A stretch of DNA of 64,000 bases. It comes from Eledone cirrhosa (lineage: Eukaryota). How positions within the stretch are numbered: the first letter of the stretch is position 1; every line of letters begins with the position of its first letter. The stretch covers positions 235,600,001 to 235,664,000 of the forward strand of contig OZ024743.1 of NCBI GenBank assembly GCA_964016885.1. Reading direction: 5' to 3'. A program made the position numbers and the translations under genes. Positions 37,527 to 51,728 of this stretch are shown piece after piece. The notes beneath the pieces were generated by a model. It did no database searches. It was not told the origin of the DNA and saw only the letters and a program-made list of their open reading frames with translations.

Positions 37527-39879
37527 AAGAGTCAGGACCTGACGGTTGAGCTCTTGCTGTTTCAACAGCTAGTTCCAGACTTATATATATATCTGTATAT
37601 ATACAATATATATATATATATATATTTATATATCTGTATATATACAATATATATATTTATATATATCTGTATATATACAATATATATATTTATATATAAA
37701 ATCTACAATGATAACTACTTTATATGTATGTATGTACGTAACGTATGTTTGTATGTATGTATGTATTGTATTGTATACATATACATCGGATGTTTGTGTG
37801 GGTGATGTTGGTATGTACGTATGTATGTATATATATAAAAATGTAGTTAGTCAGAATATAATTAAAGTCAGAAATATTGTTTAGACTGTATACCTTTCTG
37901 TGGACTTCTGTGAATTTCAGACAAAAAAAAAACCAATATGATATGCTTCCACAGTAAACATTTTCAAATAAAATGATTTTGTTTTTCATACATATATTTA
38001 TTTTAATATATATATATATATATATACTATTTTAATATATATATATATATTTTATATCAACATCATTATCATCAACAATATCATCATTATATAAATTTTA
38101 TTTATATAAATGTTTTATTTTTAATATTTGGTTTCTTTGTTTATTTTTGTTGTGGGTAGGTGGGCGTGTGAGTTAGTTGGGGCTGGGGTTTACTATGGTT
38201 ACTATGATTACTTTGCAACAGTGATTAAAATTGATAGTGAATCGTTGATATTCTAGGGATAGTGGGAGTGGGTTGGTGGTGTGTATATAATGGCAGTGAT
38301 AACATAGCTTCATTATTGCTATGTAGATCAAAGCCATGGAAATTGATTTGAAAAGCCGAATCAGCTGCCAGTAATTTCTGTATTAACAATATGCTAGAAG
38401 AAGAATTAGAAAAAAAAAAAAAAAGTAAAAACTGAAAACAAAACCAACAAAAAAACAAAAAAAACCACCAACAAGACTCTACTGTTCAAAGCAAAGAGGG
38501 GAGGAAGGCAGAAGAAAATGACAAAAAGAACTTAAAGAGATTTTAAAAAAAAAAAGACCCACAAGTTACGAGAAAGATAAATTAAAAATTTAAATGATTA
38601 AATTCATGGTCTAAATAGAAATTAATGATTTGAAGAACTTGTAGATATATGTATATACACATATATACACCACACACACGCATATATATATATATGGAGT
38701 GTGTATATATATACATGCTGTATTTATTTGTAGATAACCCCAGTGATTTATGTACCAAACCTTGCTCTTATGTACAGAGTCAAAGGCTGAAGCTAAAATA
38801 AAATCCGCAAAGGGAGTGTGTGATTTATATATCTGGTCATCTTTCCTCCAGCCTAATGGCAACATGCCATGTGTTTTACATATGAGTGTACATTATATAA
38901 TATGTTTGTATAGGGGTTGATGGTTACAGGTAGTCAGCTGACCATGGGAGCACTTCATTCAGCCTGCATAGGTAGGCCTCGAACCAAGCATAGATACTGA
39001 GGTTTTATTCAACAGTGTATCGAAAACATCTGAATGCAATTATATATATATTTCTTGTAGTGTATTGTTTAAACTACACATGTAGCCATATATGTACATA
39101 TATATAATCTAGTAGAAGAATGTTTTAAGCAGAAAAAAATAGTAAATATTTTAATAATAATAATAAACAACTACAGTGGTGAAAACTTGTAAATATTCTC
39201 TTAATCCATACCAACAACAGTTGTAAAATTAGCAAGAAATTAACCGGTATATTTAAATCAACCGATATATTTTAGGGTAAGAATTTACAAGAGAAAGTTT
39301 CAAAATAGGGAAAAACAAAGTGAGAAAAAAACAACAAAAAAAAACAACAACATATATTTCAAGAAATTGTGAGAAAAGGAAAATAGTATAGAGGTAAGTT
39401 GAAAATTAAAATATTTTCTCTTTAAAAAAGGGGGGAAAAAAAGTATATTTTTAATAATATTTTCATATGAAATTTTTCAGTTTAAACTATGAATAATAAA
39501 GTTAAGAGGTTTTGTTTGTTTCTTCTACTGTCTCATTGTTAAATTTTATTATTATATTTATCAAGTTTCACCCATATTGAAGGCTTTTCAGGATCTTTTT
39601 CAGAGTGGATATATATATATATATATAAATCATTGTGATTTTGGTTTTAAGAAGAAAATGAAACCAGAGAGAATTTGGTAACTTTGAGGGTCAGTGAGAA
39701 GAGACAAGAGGTATGTGCAGTATTAAAGAAGAAAGAAGAGGTATTCTCTGTGTATATCAGAGAAGGAGAAAACAAAACAACTTTTCCAGTATATCATCAC
39801 TGGCACTAGATAACAATGAGTAGTAGTAGTAGTAGTAGTCTGTCTTTAGATATATTCTGTTGGCTTCACTGCAGAGACA

Positions 39880-39886
39880 TCAATAC
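39880..39886 (-). CDS. AHCYL1: Adenosylhomocysteinase-like protein, terminal coding exon (R-Y-stop)
   Basis: Polypyrimidine tract and tag|GTATTGA complete CG|G TAT TGA, giving the conserved NYYRY* end. An AT-rich 3' UTR probably extends toward lower coordinates. Confidence 0.75.
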
Positions 39887-40272
39887 CTATAACGAGAGAA
39901 ACAAAAATTATGGTTAAAACACAGCTTATAATAATATTAAATATTATAAATCATCATCATCTTTTAACGTCTATCTTCCACGCTAGCATGGGTTAGACGG
40001 GAATTGTCCCACTTGAGGCAAGATTGGTTGGGTGACCGTGTCTCGCTCGCATAGGACTATCTGGCAGGTTTTCTACGGCTGGATGCCCTTCCTAACACCA
40101 ACCACATTTACAGTGTGGACTGGGAGGTTTTTACCGTGTTACCTACATGGCCACATTACAGCAAGGACTGTGTTTTTATTGTCGTGACACCTATACAACC
40201 TCATTTATTTTGGACTGGATGTTGTGGTACCAACATAACTTTACAGAGAAAGGGTGTTGTTGGTGGGATATT

Positions 40273-40466
40273 AATAATAATTGTTTCTACTTTTGGCACA
40301 AGGCCAGCAATTACCCCAGTACATTACTGGTACTTTATTTTATCGCCCCGTTAAGGATGAAAGGCAAAGTTAACCTCGCCGGGATTTGAACTCAGATCAT
40401 AAAGGGTCGTAACTATGCTGCAAAGCATGGCGTCTAACGCTCTCCCGATACTGCCAATCCACCACC
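40273..40466 (-). mobile_element. tRNA-derived SINE inserted among RTE-related fragments (about 39950-40790)
   Basis: Homologous to 43936-44121; neighbours include a (CAT)n-tailed RTE-type 3' end and an LHGSETWALTVEDL remnant. Confidence 0.75.
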
Positions 40467-40904
40467 TAATATTTTTATTAGACAAACACCACCCAGTCCA
40501 CAATGTAAAGTGGTCGCATAGGTGTCGCAAAAAACACCCAGTCTGTTATAAGGCGTACATGTGAACTGTGTTACATGGCAGTGAGACATGGGCCTTGACT
40601 GTAGAAGACCTGGGCAGGCTAGAAAGAAAGGGGCCATGCTCCATGTTTAATGTCAATGTGCAGTATAACATAAGTGAGTTGGGAGAAAAACTATATAAGA
40701 CAGGTGTGATGCAGTGTGCAAGAGACAAGACTGCAATAGTAAGGACATGTGACAGGTATGGAAGATAACAGGTATATAAAGAAATGTATATATATATATA
40801 TATATTAATATTAAGTGTTTCCGTAGGAAATGTAAAGGAAAGGAGAGTGCTCTATGTATACTACAGAGCTATTTAGTTATGTAATTAACAACATAAGACA
40901 ATTA

Positions 40905-40977
40905 TTTCTTTTACCAAAGGTTTCACGAAGACAGACGAGCTTGACACAGACGTTTGAAATCGTTCGTCAGAACGAAA
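40905..40977 (-). ncRNA. Type I hammerhead ribozyme motif (inverted copy)
   Basis: TTTCGTT-CTGACGA-ACGA...TCGT-GAAA-CCTTTGG-TA-AAAGAAA; one stem I mismatch. Confidence 0.68.
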
Positions 40978-41111
40978 ATTTATTTAAAACGGATGTGAGA
41001 TATGGATTTCAAAACATTTATTATTTTCCTCTTTACATTACGTCCATTATTTTATTTCAGCCTCACTTAGACTGTTTTGAAATCCATATCTCACATCCGT
41101 TTCAAATAAAT

Positions 41112-41184
41112 TTTCGTTCTGACGAACGATTTCAGATGTATGTGCCAAGCTCATCTGCCTTCGTGAAACCTTTGGTAAATGAAA
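41112..41184 (+). ncRNA. Type I hammerhead ribozyme motif
   Basis: TTTCGTT-CTGACGA-ACGA(tttCAGATG...CATCTGcct)TCGT-GAAA-CCTTTGG-TA-AATGAAA; all three stems pair. Confidence 0.8.
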
Positions 41185-41678
41185 TAATTGTCTTATGTTG
41201 TTTATTACATAACTATATATATATATTTAGAGCTCCAATACTATAGTCATGTGGTCAGAATGTCTCAGGAAAGAATCAATGGTCATATTTTACAGGCAAA
41301 ACCAGCCGGCACAAGACCCAGAGGTAGACGCTAAGCAAGGATAACATCCATGAGCTTGGCTGGTTTTGCCCGGGGGATCCATCCAGGTCAGTTGGAGATG
41401 GTTGCTTCTGACAGGACCTGTTGGAAGGAGTGTTTGAGGACTCTGCCCCCACAACCCACTTAGGAATAAGTGGGCGAAGAAGAAGAAGCATACTTATTTA
41501 TCTATTTCATCATCATTTAACATCCACTTACCCTCCTAAATGTTGATGATATTTATATAAAATAATCAAACATTTAGAAGGGTTTAAAAATATAACTGCC
41601 TCATTATTAAGCTGGTTCTCACATGAAATTATGATTACAAACTTCCAGCTTTGTACCATAGCTTCAAAGATGGTTTAA

Positions 41679-41899
41679 CCCTTTAGCATTTACATTATTC
41701 TACATATATTATAGTATTTTTGTGGTAAAAGCTTTATCTTACATAATTATCTCATATAGTATCGAATCAACGAGATTTTAATGTCATTTATTTTGAGAAC
41801 AATGCCTTAACATCAGTATGAGCAGCCGGTTATGGCCAGTTTGAATAGAAAGAGGTGAGAGAATTCTGGCCGGATACAGCCGGGTTAAATGCTAAAGGG
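41679..41899. mobile_element. piggyBac-type MITE (221 bp)
   Basis: TTAA on both sides; TIR CCCTTTAGCATTTA / TAAATGCTAAAGGG. Confidence 0.88.
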
Positions 41900-42040
41900 T
41901 TAATATGAATATAGCTGAAATAAACAGTGAAGTACCATAGGCAATTTGGTATAAAAGGGGTTATATTTCTAAGCAAGACTGCCCCCAAACTCACCAGAAG
42001 GAAGAAGTCAGTTGAATAAAGAAGAGGTTAACATGACTTA

Positions 42041-42193
<153 letters not shown>

Positions 42194-43935
42194 TTATTAA
42201 AGGTTAATAAAAAGAAAGAAAAAAATAAAATCAATAATTTCTGTTTACTTCTTTAATCTGTTTAAGAGTCTGTTTAAAGCTGGTAAACTATGACAACACT
42301 GAAGTGTCATCATCATCATCTTCGTTGCCACCACTAATGTCTGTTTTCCCTGCTAGCAAGGGTTGGATGGGTTGTCACAGACTGAGTCAATACTCAAGTG
42401 AATCTACTGACCTCTCAGATGAGCTGGGGCATGCATCTCAGTTTCGTTTTTGCACTCTACCGGGTATTCAGATGGGCCAGGGGCCCACATCTCACAAACA
42501 AAGAGAGATGTGTATGTATGTATGTTTATGTCAGGTCGCTCGTCAATGCTATTGGTAACATGTAAACTAGTACAACCTGTACATGGTCAGGTCATTGGCA
42601 ACTAAACCAACAACCCCACCAAGTTTTCTTGATGAAGAGGGCAAATTTAGACACCCTGCGGGATGAAAAACAAGACCCATCAAAGGGCTGAGGAAATCTG
42701 GAGAGTCAACGACCATCCAATAAAGTTTTTTTTTTTTTCATTATTTTAATATTTTTGTGGCGCGAGAGATTTCTAGTCTTCATTAAGACATCTCTCTAGG
42801 AGAAGGCCACTCTGATATAAGACCTGCGACTTTGCTTTCATCCAATGATGTAGACCAGTTCTTTTTGGGTAAATTTATTCGATGTTCATGCAAAGCCGTT
42901 CCTCTCTTAAAAAAGCTTCAGGCACAGGCATCGCTTGATCTGTGACTTTTTTTGTTCCCACTGCATGTTATCTTAGGCAAATGTCCTTTGCCATAACGTT
43001 GGGTTAACCCATGCCTTCTGAGGGGAACTGGGTAGACAGAAACTGTTTGGAAGCCCATCAGATGGACTGTACCTATAATTCAAATGGTCAGACACATTGT
43101 ATCATGTTAAATCTCCCTGAGAATTATGTGAGGGTTACATGTGTCTGTGGAATGCTCAGCCACTTACACATTAATATCACAAGGAGGCTGTACCACTGAT
43201 AAAAAAATTGGAACACTCAGCATCGAAACTGACAGGTCCATTCCATCCATGTGTGTATGCGTGTGTTTATATATATGTGTGTGTCTGTTTATGCATGTGT
43301 TTATATGTGTATGTCTGTTTATGCGCGTGTGTATGTGTAAGCCTATTTAGATATTTAATCAATATAATCATTTGCTTGAAGCTGGCAGCCATGACAGACT
43401 GAGAAAAGTAAAAAACAAGAGAAGGAAATAAAAAAGAAAAAGAAAAAAAAAACAAGAAAAAACAGCAAAATGTTTCTATTGTTAAATGTTTTTGTAACCT
43501 TCATGAATTGGAAGATCTTACAACTGGCAGACCCTTCAAAATAAAATGTACCCCCAAACTGTGTAACCCTTCTAAGACCTGTCTTAGAGTTTCCCCTCTC
43601 TTAACCCTTTCATGACCACATTTAGAATGAAATATACTTTATTTCAATTAATTAATGAAAAATTTCAAAGGATTTACTAAAATTATTATTTATATCATTA
43701 CTCTTTCATCCTTACGCGGTTCAATAAACTAAAGTACCAGTAATACACTGGGGTCGATTTAATTGACTTTCCACTCCCCCCAAAAATTGCTGACCTTGTG
43801 CTTAAATCGGAAACCATTATTCATATCATTACTAAGGTAGTAACTTAATGTATGGTTCTTATATAAAATTACATTGGAAGATTTTAATGTAAATTGGAAG
43901 CCATTAAATGGGGTGACATTATTTCATAGAATCAG

Positions 43936-44121
43936 GGCGGTGGATTGGCAGTATCGGTAGAGGGTCGGACGCCATGCTTTGACGCATAGAGTTACGGCCC
44001 TTGCCATTCTGAGTTCAAATCCCGCCGAGGTTAACTTTGCCTTTCATCCTTATGGGGTCGATAAAATAAAGTACCAGTAATACACTGGGTAATTTCTGGC
44101 CTTGTGCCAAAAGTAGAAACA
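43936..44121 (+). mobile_element. tRNA-derived SINE with a Meta-like core and an 18-bp TSD
   Basis: B-box GAGTTCAAATCC; core GCCTTTCATCC..GGGGTCGATAAAATAAAGTACCAG; ATTATTTCATAGAATCAG duplicated at 43918-43935 and 44122-44139. Confidence 0.85.
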
Positions 44122-44689
44122 ATTATTTCATAGAATCAGATCCGGTTTTGGCCAGGTTGATAACTCAAAGGTTAAACTGATAACTTTTACATTAGAACAG
44201 ATAATAGTTTTTAATTTAGGCACAAGGCCAGCAATTTGAAGGGAGGGGAAAGTCTATATCAACCCCAGTACTAGATTGGTGTTTTATTTTATTGACTCTA
44301 AAAGTATAGTATAAAAGGTAAAGTTGACGTCAGCAAGAGTTGAACTTTGAATGTAAAAAACTGAAACAAGTTCTACACCAAAGTTCCACACTTCACCGAC
44401 TCTGCCTATCCTTAATCGAATAAATAATAATATAAAATTTCTTTGAAAAAAAAACATCAACATTGAAAGGAATAGAAAATCTTGAAATGTATTAACAAAT
44501 TCTATTCTTTTACTATTTCTAACCATTAGAGTGTGACCATGTTATATCACCATACTGAAGGGAGTTAATCAACCTCAGAACTAAACCATTAGACTGTGAC
44601 AATGTTATGTCACCACATTGAAGGGATTTAATCAACCATATCTACCTCAGAAGACATTGGCCAACCTGAGACTATAGTAAAATACATGC

Positions 44690-45272
44690 AAGGTGTCACA
44701 CAATAGGACTAAGACATTCTCCAAGGTGTCACACAACAGGACTGAGACATATTCCTCAAGATGTCACACAACGGGACTAAGACATTCTCCAAGATGTCAC
44801 AATAGGACTGAGATATTCTCCAAGATGTCACACAACAGGACTGTGATACATTCTCCAAGGTGTGACACAATGGGACTGTGACATTCTCTAAGATGTCACA
44901 ATAGGACTGTGACACATTCTCCAAGGTGTCACACAACTGGGCAGTGACATTCCTCAAGGTTTGACACAATGGGACTGTGACATTCTTCAAGGTGTCACAC
45001 AACAGGACTGACATTCCTCAAAGTGTCAAACAATGGGACTGTGACATTCTCCAAGGTGTCACACAACAGGACTGTAACATTCCTCAAGGTGTGACACAAT
45101 GGGACTGTGACATTCTCCAAGATGTCACAATAGGACTGTGACACATTCTCCAAGGTGTCACACAACAGGACTGTGACATTCCTCAAGGTGTGACACAATG
45201 TGACTGTGACATTCTCCAAGGTGTCACACAATAAGACTAAGACATTCCCCAAGGTGTCACACAACAGGACTG
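44690..45272. repeat. Minisatellite of about 30-34-bp units inside a minus-strand SINE
   Basis: Unit gacattctccaaggtgtcacacaacaggact; the array runs on into the SINE head (gactgaacctgaaaccac...). Confidence 0.85.
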
Positions 45273-45479
45273 AACCTGAAACCACAAGGTTGTGAAGTGA
45301 AGTCCTTAACCGCAATACCAATAGTTTATCAAGACAATAATTTGACTACAATTTCTGAAAGTCTAACATTTAGAAACGTCAATGGTTAAAGTTGTTTTGG
45401 GACATTTTTAGTTGATTCATTTTAAAATAAGATTAAATAAAACTATAATCAACTAAACCATCCTCATTACCAGTCAACA

Positions 45480-45915
45480 CCATCACTACCACCACCAACT
45501 ACTACCAGCAACTAAGTCATCATCACTACCACCATCAACTAAATCATTATCATCATCACCATCACTACCACCATCAACATCATCATCACCATCACAACCA
45601 CCACCAACTAAGTCATCATCACCATCACGACCACCACCACCACCAACTAAGTCATCATCATCACCACCACCAACAACTAAATCATCATCATCACCACGAC
45701 CAACAACTAAATCATCATCATCACCACGACCAACTAAATCATCATCACCATCACCACCACCAACTAAGTCATCATCATCATCATCACCACCAACTAAGTC
45801 ATCATCATCATCATCACCATCACCACCAACTAAGTCATCATCATCACCACCACCACCAACTAAGTCATCATCATCACCACCAACTAAGTCATCCTCCACC
45901 TTATCATCACAACTA
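45480..45915. repeat. (CAT/CAC)n compound repeat punctuated by CAACTAA
   Basis: Seen directly; the Gly/Asp ORF on the minus strand is an artefact of the repeat. Confidence 0.9.
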
Positions 45916-46009
45916 AATCTAAGTTAAATATATTTTCTTGCCTCTCTATAATGACACTGGCTTCTGCCATCTCAAACCCTTTTACATAGTATCACACACA
46001 TACACCACA

Positions 46010-48590
46010 TCATCATCATCATCAACGTTTAACGTCCGTGTTCCACGCTTGCATGGGTTTGGACGGGGGTTTTCCCACTTGAGGCAAGAGTGATTGTCTT
46101 GCTCGCATAGGACTTTCTGGCAGGTTTTCTACAGTTGGATGCCCTTCCTAACACCAACCATTTACAGTGTTGGTCTGGGAGGTTTTTACCGTGTTGCCTA
46201 CACAGCCACATTACAGCGTGGACTGTGTGTTTTTTTGTCGTGACACCTACACGATCTCACTTGTTTCGGCCTGGATGGTGTGGCACCAACATAACTTTAC
46301 ATAGAAGGGGGCGGTGTGGATGGGGTGGAGGGGGGGGGGGGGACGGGGGTGTATTTTGTTAGAGATGCCTACTGACTGTAGTAGGTTTTACTATGTATTT
46401 AGGTAAGGCGGGTCTTCTCTATTACTGAGTACCGCCAAAGGTCTCGGTCCAGTGACATTGTCTTGGAGAGGTGTAAGTGTGTGAGGTCGGAGTTTATCAG
46501 TTCGTCCCAGGTTTTTCTGGGTCTGCCTATTCCATGGCTACCGTCTATCTTTATTGCCCTGCACTTTGTTATACAGCCATCGTCTTTCATGCGCATCACG
46601 TGTCCATACCAACGTAGCCTTCTCTCGAGTAAACAACATCTGATCCCTCTTATTTCTAATTTTTTCCTTAGTTCGTTTATGCTTTGCCGTTCACGTATAT
46701 TACTATTACACATCCAGCGGAGCATGCAAGCTTCGTTCCTCTCTAGTCTGCGTATATCCTCTGCACACAATGCCCAGGTCTCACTGCCATGCAACATTGC
46801 TGTTCGTATGCAGGCATCATACAACCTGCCTTTCATTTATAGGGAGAACCCTTTAGCGGCTAATAGTGGTATAAGCTCTCTGAACTTTTTCCATCCAGTT
46901 CTGACTCTAGCTACTGTACTTTCAGAGCACCCTTCCCCACTGCTGATTTTGTCACCCAGGTAACGGAAGCTGTCCACTATTTCTATAGAGCCCTCTGCGC
47001 AGTTGAAAGAGCTAGTATTTTGTGGGCACTTGCTGCTACTTATTGCACCAGAGCACCGGCCACATGTGAAATCTATGTTCTTAGTTAGCTTACCTGTGAT
47101 CCCACTACATCTTTTATGCACCCATACTTTGCATTTCTGACACAAAATGGAGTTTCTACCTACGCCTTTCCTACACACTGAGCATGGCCACTTCCCGGAA
47201 GGGACCGCCGCCTTATTTTCTTTCCTACAAACTAGAACTTAGGTCTTAGCCAGATTAATTTTAAAGCCTTTTGATTCTAGGCCGTGCTTCCATGTTTGGA
47301 ATTTCTTCTTTAGCTCGGCCATTGATTCAGCTATGAGTGTTAGGTCGTCTGCGTATAGGAGTTCCCATGGGCAGCCGGTCTTGAACTCCTCTGTTATAGC
47401 CTGAAGGGCAATAATAAATAGTAGGGGGCTGAGAACAGAGCCCTGATGGACGCCAACTTTTACGCTAAACTCTTCACTATATTCGTTGTTAATTCTAACC
47501 TTGCTGACTGTTTCTTTATACATGGCTTGTATAGCTCTCACAAGCCATTCGTCGACACCTAGTTTTCTAAGGGCCCACCAGATAATGGAACGGGGGACTC
47601 TGTCGAAGGCTTTCTCCAAGTCGACAAAAGCTAAGTAGAGGGGTTTACTTTTAGCTAGGTACTTCTCCTGTAGTTGTCGTACAATGAAAAGAGCGTCTGT
47701 GGTACTTTTGCCTGACACAAACCCGAACTGCATTTCATCTAGGTCAATTCTCTCCCTGATTAGTTGCGCTATTACTTTTTCCGTGACCTTCATGACCTGG
47801 TCGATTAATTTAATGCCTCTATAGTTACTCCTATCTAGGGCATCTCCTTTACCCTTATAACAGTTAACGATGATGCTGCTATGCCAGTCCTTCGGAACAA
47901 CCCCATTCTGTACGACTTGGTTAACTATCCGGGTGACCCATGGTGTGACCCACCGTGCCAGATGCCTTCAGCATCTCAGCAACTATTTCCGAAGGCCCAG
48001 CCGCCTTACCCGTCTTCATATCCTTGATTGCCTTACTTATTATACTACCCTCGACTAACACTGCTGGTCCCTCTATTGGGTCGATGTGGGGTAGACTGTC
48101 TTTCTCCCATTTAATCTCCTCATTTAGTAGCCTTTCATAGTGACACTTCCAAGCTACCTTCTTATCAGCATCGGTGATGGCAAGTACGCCGTCATCATTA
48201 AGTACACACTTCTCCCCGACAATATCACGGTTTTCCTTGACACATTGCCTAACAATCCTGAACACCTCATGTTTTTGGTCCTCGCGTTGTAGAACATGCT
48301 TGAACTTTCTTTCCTCTGCTTCCCTTCTTACGAAGTACACTTGTCTCCTAGCTTCCCTCCTGGCCACTTGATAGTCTTCTCTACTTCCCCCATCCGGCCA
48401 TACTTTCCAAGCCTGCTTTTTGGCCTTAATTGACCCCTCCACCTTACTGTTCCACCACCATGTTACTCTCCTCCAGCCACAGACTTCGTCTGCCGCCATC
48501 AGCAGATTTGCTTTCAGGAATTCCCACTGTCCCTCTATATTGTCCGACTCTAAATGCTCTTCCTTACTGTCGAAAGCATCAAGTAATATT
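46010..48590 (-). mobile_element. RTE-clade LINE, 5'-truncated and decayed
   Basis: RT motifs (KAAGPS, QFGFVSGKST, FVDLEKAFD, GVHQGSVLSP, LLYADD), a Cys/His finger, RRLRWYGHVMRM, GRPRKTW and a (GAT)n tail. Confidence 0.92.
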
Positions 48591-48609
48591 ATATATGTAT
48601 ACATGTGTG

Positions 48610-50190
48610 TGTGCCAGGAAGAGGCACCACTGATGCCCTCTTCCTTGTGGGGCAGTTACAGGAAAAGTACCTAGTTAAAAGTAAGCCACTCTACCTGGCA
48701 TTCGTCGATCTCGAGAAAGCATTTGACAGAGTTCCCCGTGCTATAATCAGGTGGGCTCTTAGAAAACTAGGAGTAGATGAATTGCTTGTGAAAGCTGTAC
48801 AAGCCATGTATAGGGGAGCAGTCAGCAAAGTTAGGATTAGCAATGAGTATAGTGAAGATTTTAGTGTACAGGTCGGTGTCCACCAGGGCTCTGTTCTTAG
48901 CCCTATCCTGTTCATCATATTCCTGCAGGCAATAACGGAGGAGTTTAAGACCGGATGCCCATGGGAACTCCTCTATGCAGATGACCTCGCACTTATAGCT
49001 GAATCTATGTTAGAACTAGAGAAGAAATTCCAAACTTGGAAGCAGGGACTAGAAAGAAAGGGTCTCAAAGTCAACCTGACAAAGACTGAGGTCCTTGTAA
49101 GCAGACGAGAAAACAGAACCCAAATCCCCTCAGGGAAATGGCCTTGCTCAGTATGTAGGAACTCCATTCTCTTCCCCAAATGCAAACAATGGGTACACAA
49201 GAGATGTAGCAGGATCTCAGGAAGCTTAACTAAGAATGTAGGCTTCACATGTAGCAGATGTGCTGGGACAGCAAGCAGCAAACAGCCACAGGAAACAAGT
49301 ACCACCAATCTCTGGGAGGGCTCTGTAGAAACAGTAGACAGCTTCTGCTACTTAGGTGACCGAATTAGCAGCAGAGGTGGGTGTTCGGAAAGTACAATAA
49401 CAAGGGTAAGAACGGGATGGAAGAAGTTCAGGGAGCTACTGCCACTGCTAGCTGCAAAAGGCTTTTCCTTCAAAATGAAAAGCAGACTGTATGATGCATG
49501 TATACGAACAGCAATGTTACACGGTAGCAAGACCTGGGTGCTGACTGTGGAAGACTTGCGTAGATTAGAAAGAAACGAAGCCTGCATGCTCCGATGGATG
49601 TGTAATAGTAATATACATGAATGGCAAAGCATCAATGAATTGAGAGAGAGACTGAGCATAAGAGGAATCAAATGCTGTGTGCAGGAGAGGCGGTTGCGTT
49701 GGTATGGACATGTGATGCGTATGAAGGATGACAGCTGCATAAAAAGGTGCAGAGCACTAGAAGTCGATGGAAACCGCGGAGTGGGGAAACCCAAGAAGAC
49801 CTGGGATGAGGTGATAAAAGCCGACCTTACCCAATTACACCTCTCAAAGGCGATGACACACGACCGTGACCTCTGGTGTCACGCAGTAATGCAGAAGACC
49901 TGACCCCCCATGGGTACAAGCCAAAGCTGAAGCATATAGACAATATGCCCCACACCCTCCCACTCTGTAATGTGGATGTGTAGGCGCCACGGACAAAAAG
50001 CACCCAGCACTCACTGTAAATGAGGTTGGTGTTAGGAAGGGCATCCAGCTGTAGAAATCAAACCAGAATCAGTTCCCGTATGAGCAAGACAAGGTCAGCT
50101 GACCTGACACTGCCCACAACAGGACAACCCGTCTAACCCATTTTAGTGTGGAAGAACGGACGTAAAACGGTGATGATGATCATGATGATG
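48610..50190 (+). mobile_element. RTE-clade LINE, 5'-truncated, with a 432-aa open ORF remnant
   Basis: ORF 48605-49903 has the same motifs as the minus copy; (GAT)n tail. Confidence 0.92.
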
Positions 50191-50246
50191 TGTGTGTGTG
50201 TGCATGTGATAACATTTCACACACACACACACACATATATATAACC

Positions 50247-50467
50247 ACTGGGTAAAGAACTGCCAAGAAATCCCGGTGGAAGGAAGATGCAGTACAGGAA
50301 GACCACAAAAAACATGGGCAGAGGTGGTGAGAGCAGACCTTAGATTGCTGAAGCTCACGGTGGAGATGACAAAGGACCGTGACAAGTGGAGAGATGCTGT
50401 GCTGATTAGGACCCGTCCCACCCTTGCAAGCAGGGAAAAGCGGACGTAAAATGATGATGATGATGAT
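50247..50467 (+). mobile_element. Short RTE 3' fragment
   Basis: WVKNCQEIPVEGRCSTGRPQKTWAEVVRADL followed by (GAT)n. Confidence 0.8.
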
Positions 50468-51491
50468 ATATATACACATATATGATTTGCCTACCAGAAG
50501 CACCAGTTCTACCCATTCGTAATCAAAATAAATGGTATATATATAGACGTGTGTGTCTACAGACCATCATGTTATTGGTTATTAACAAAAGGTTACTATG
50601 CTATACTTATTAAGCCTATCTCTGACAGTGTTAAGATGGTTGTATTACATTAGAGAAACATATTGATGTTCCTCCTAATAACTGAACTTTAACATATAAA
50701 TGATGGATATTAGGTCACTTTCAACAGTCGGTAGTTAATTTCTGAATTAACATATAAGTGGCTGAGTATTCCACAAGCATGTGTATCATCATCATCATCA
50801 TTTAATATTCTTTTTTATTCTAGCATGGGTTGTCCCGTTGTGAGACAAGTCAGATCAGGTGACCATGTCTTGTTCATACAGAATTGTTTCTGGCTCAATT
50901 TCTATGACTGGATGCCCTTCCTAAAGCTAACTACATTTACAGTGTGGACGGGGTGCTTTTTGATGGCACCAAAACGATCAGCTGACAGGTTGGATTGGGT
51001 ACTTTTCATTGTCACCAACACTACCACCTTACACCCTGCAACGTGGTCGTGCTGGTGGCACGACAAAAAGCACCCAGCCGACCTTCTAAGGTAATTGTAT
51101 TGGTGACATGACAAAAAGTACCCAGTCTATTTTGTTGGTCATTTTGGTGCCACAATAAAAAGCACCTAGTTCACACTGGTGTTAGGAAGGGCTTCCAGCT
51201 GTAGAAACCAAACCAAAATATAGATCCATATGAGTTTGTTGTTTTCAGGACCTGACTTGTCTGAAAATCCTTCAAAACCTCCATGCTTCCTGAGATTCGC
51301 CAACACTACACCTAATACTCCCCCTCCATACACACGCACACATGTATATCATGACTCATACACTATTCACTTCCCTGATATTTGTACATTATTCTATGTA
51401 CTATACATGCACCTTTGATGAGTTCTAGTGCACCTGAGCACTGTACACAATAATTTCATTATTATTATTATAAAATGGGGCAACCAGTCTA

Positions 51492-51728
<237 letters not shown>

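Larger units (their letters stand above)
40874..41215. repeat. Inverted repeat (143-bp arms, 56-bp spacer) with a hammerhead in each arm
   Basis: Arms 40874-41016 and 41073-41215 are reverse complements with a few mismatches. Confidence 0.92.

Noticed and set aside
45486-45899. Gly/Asp-rich ORF
   Set aside because: Trinucleotide-repeat artefact inside an intron; no splice support.
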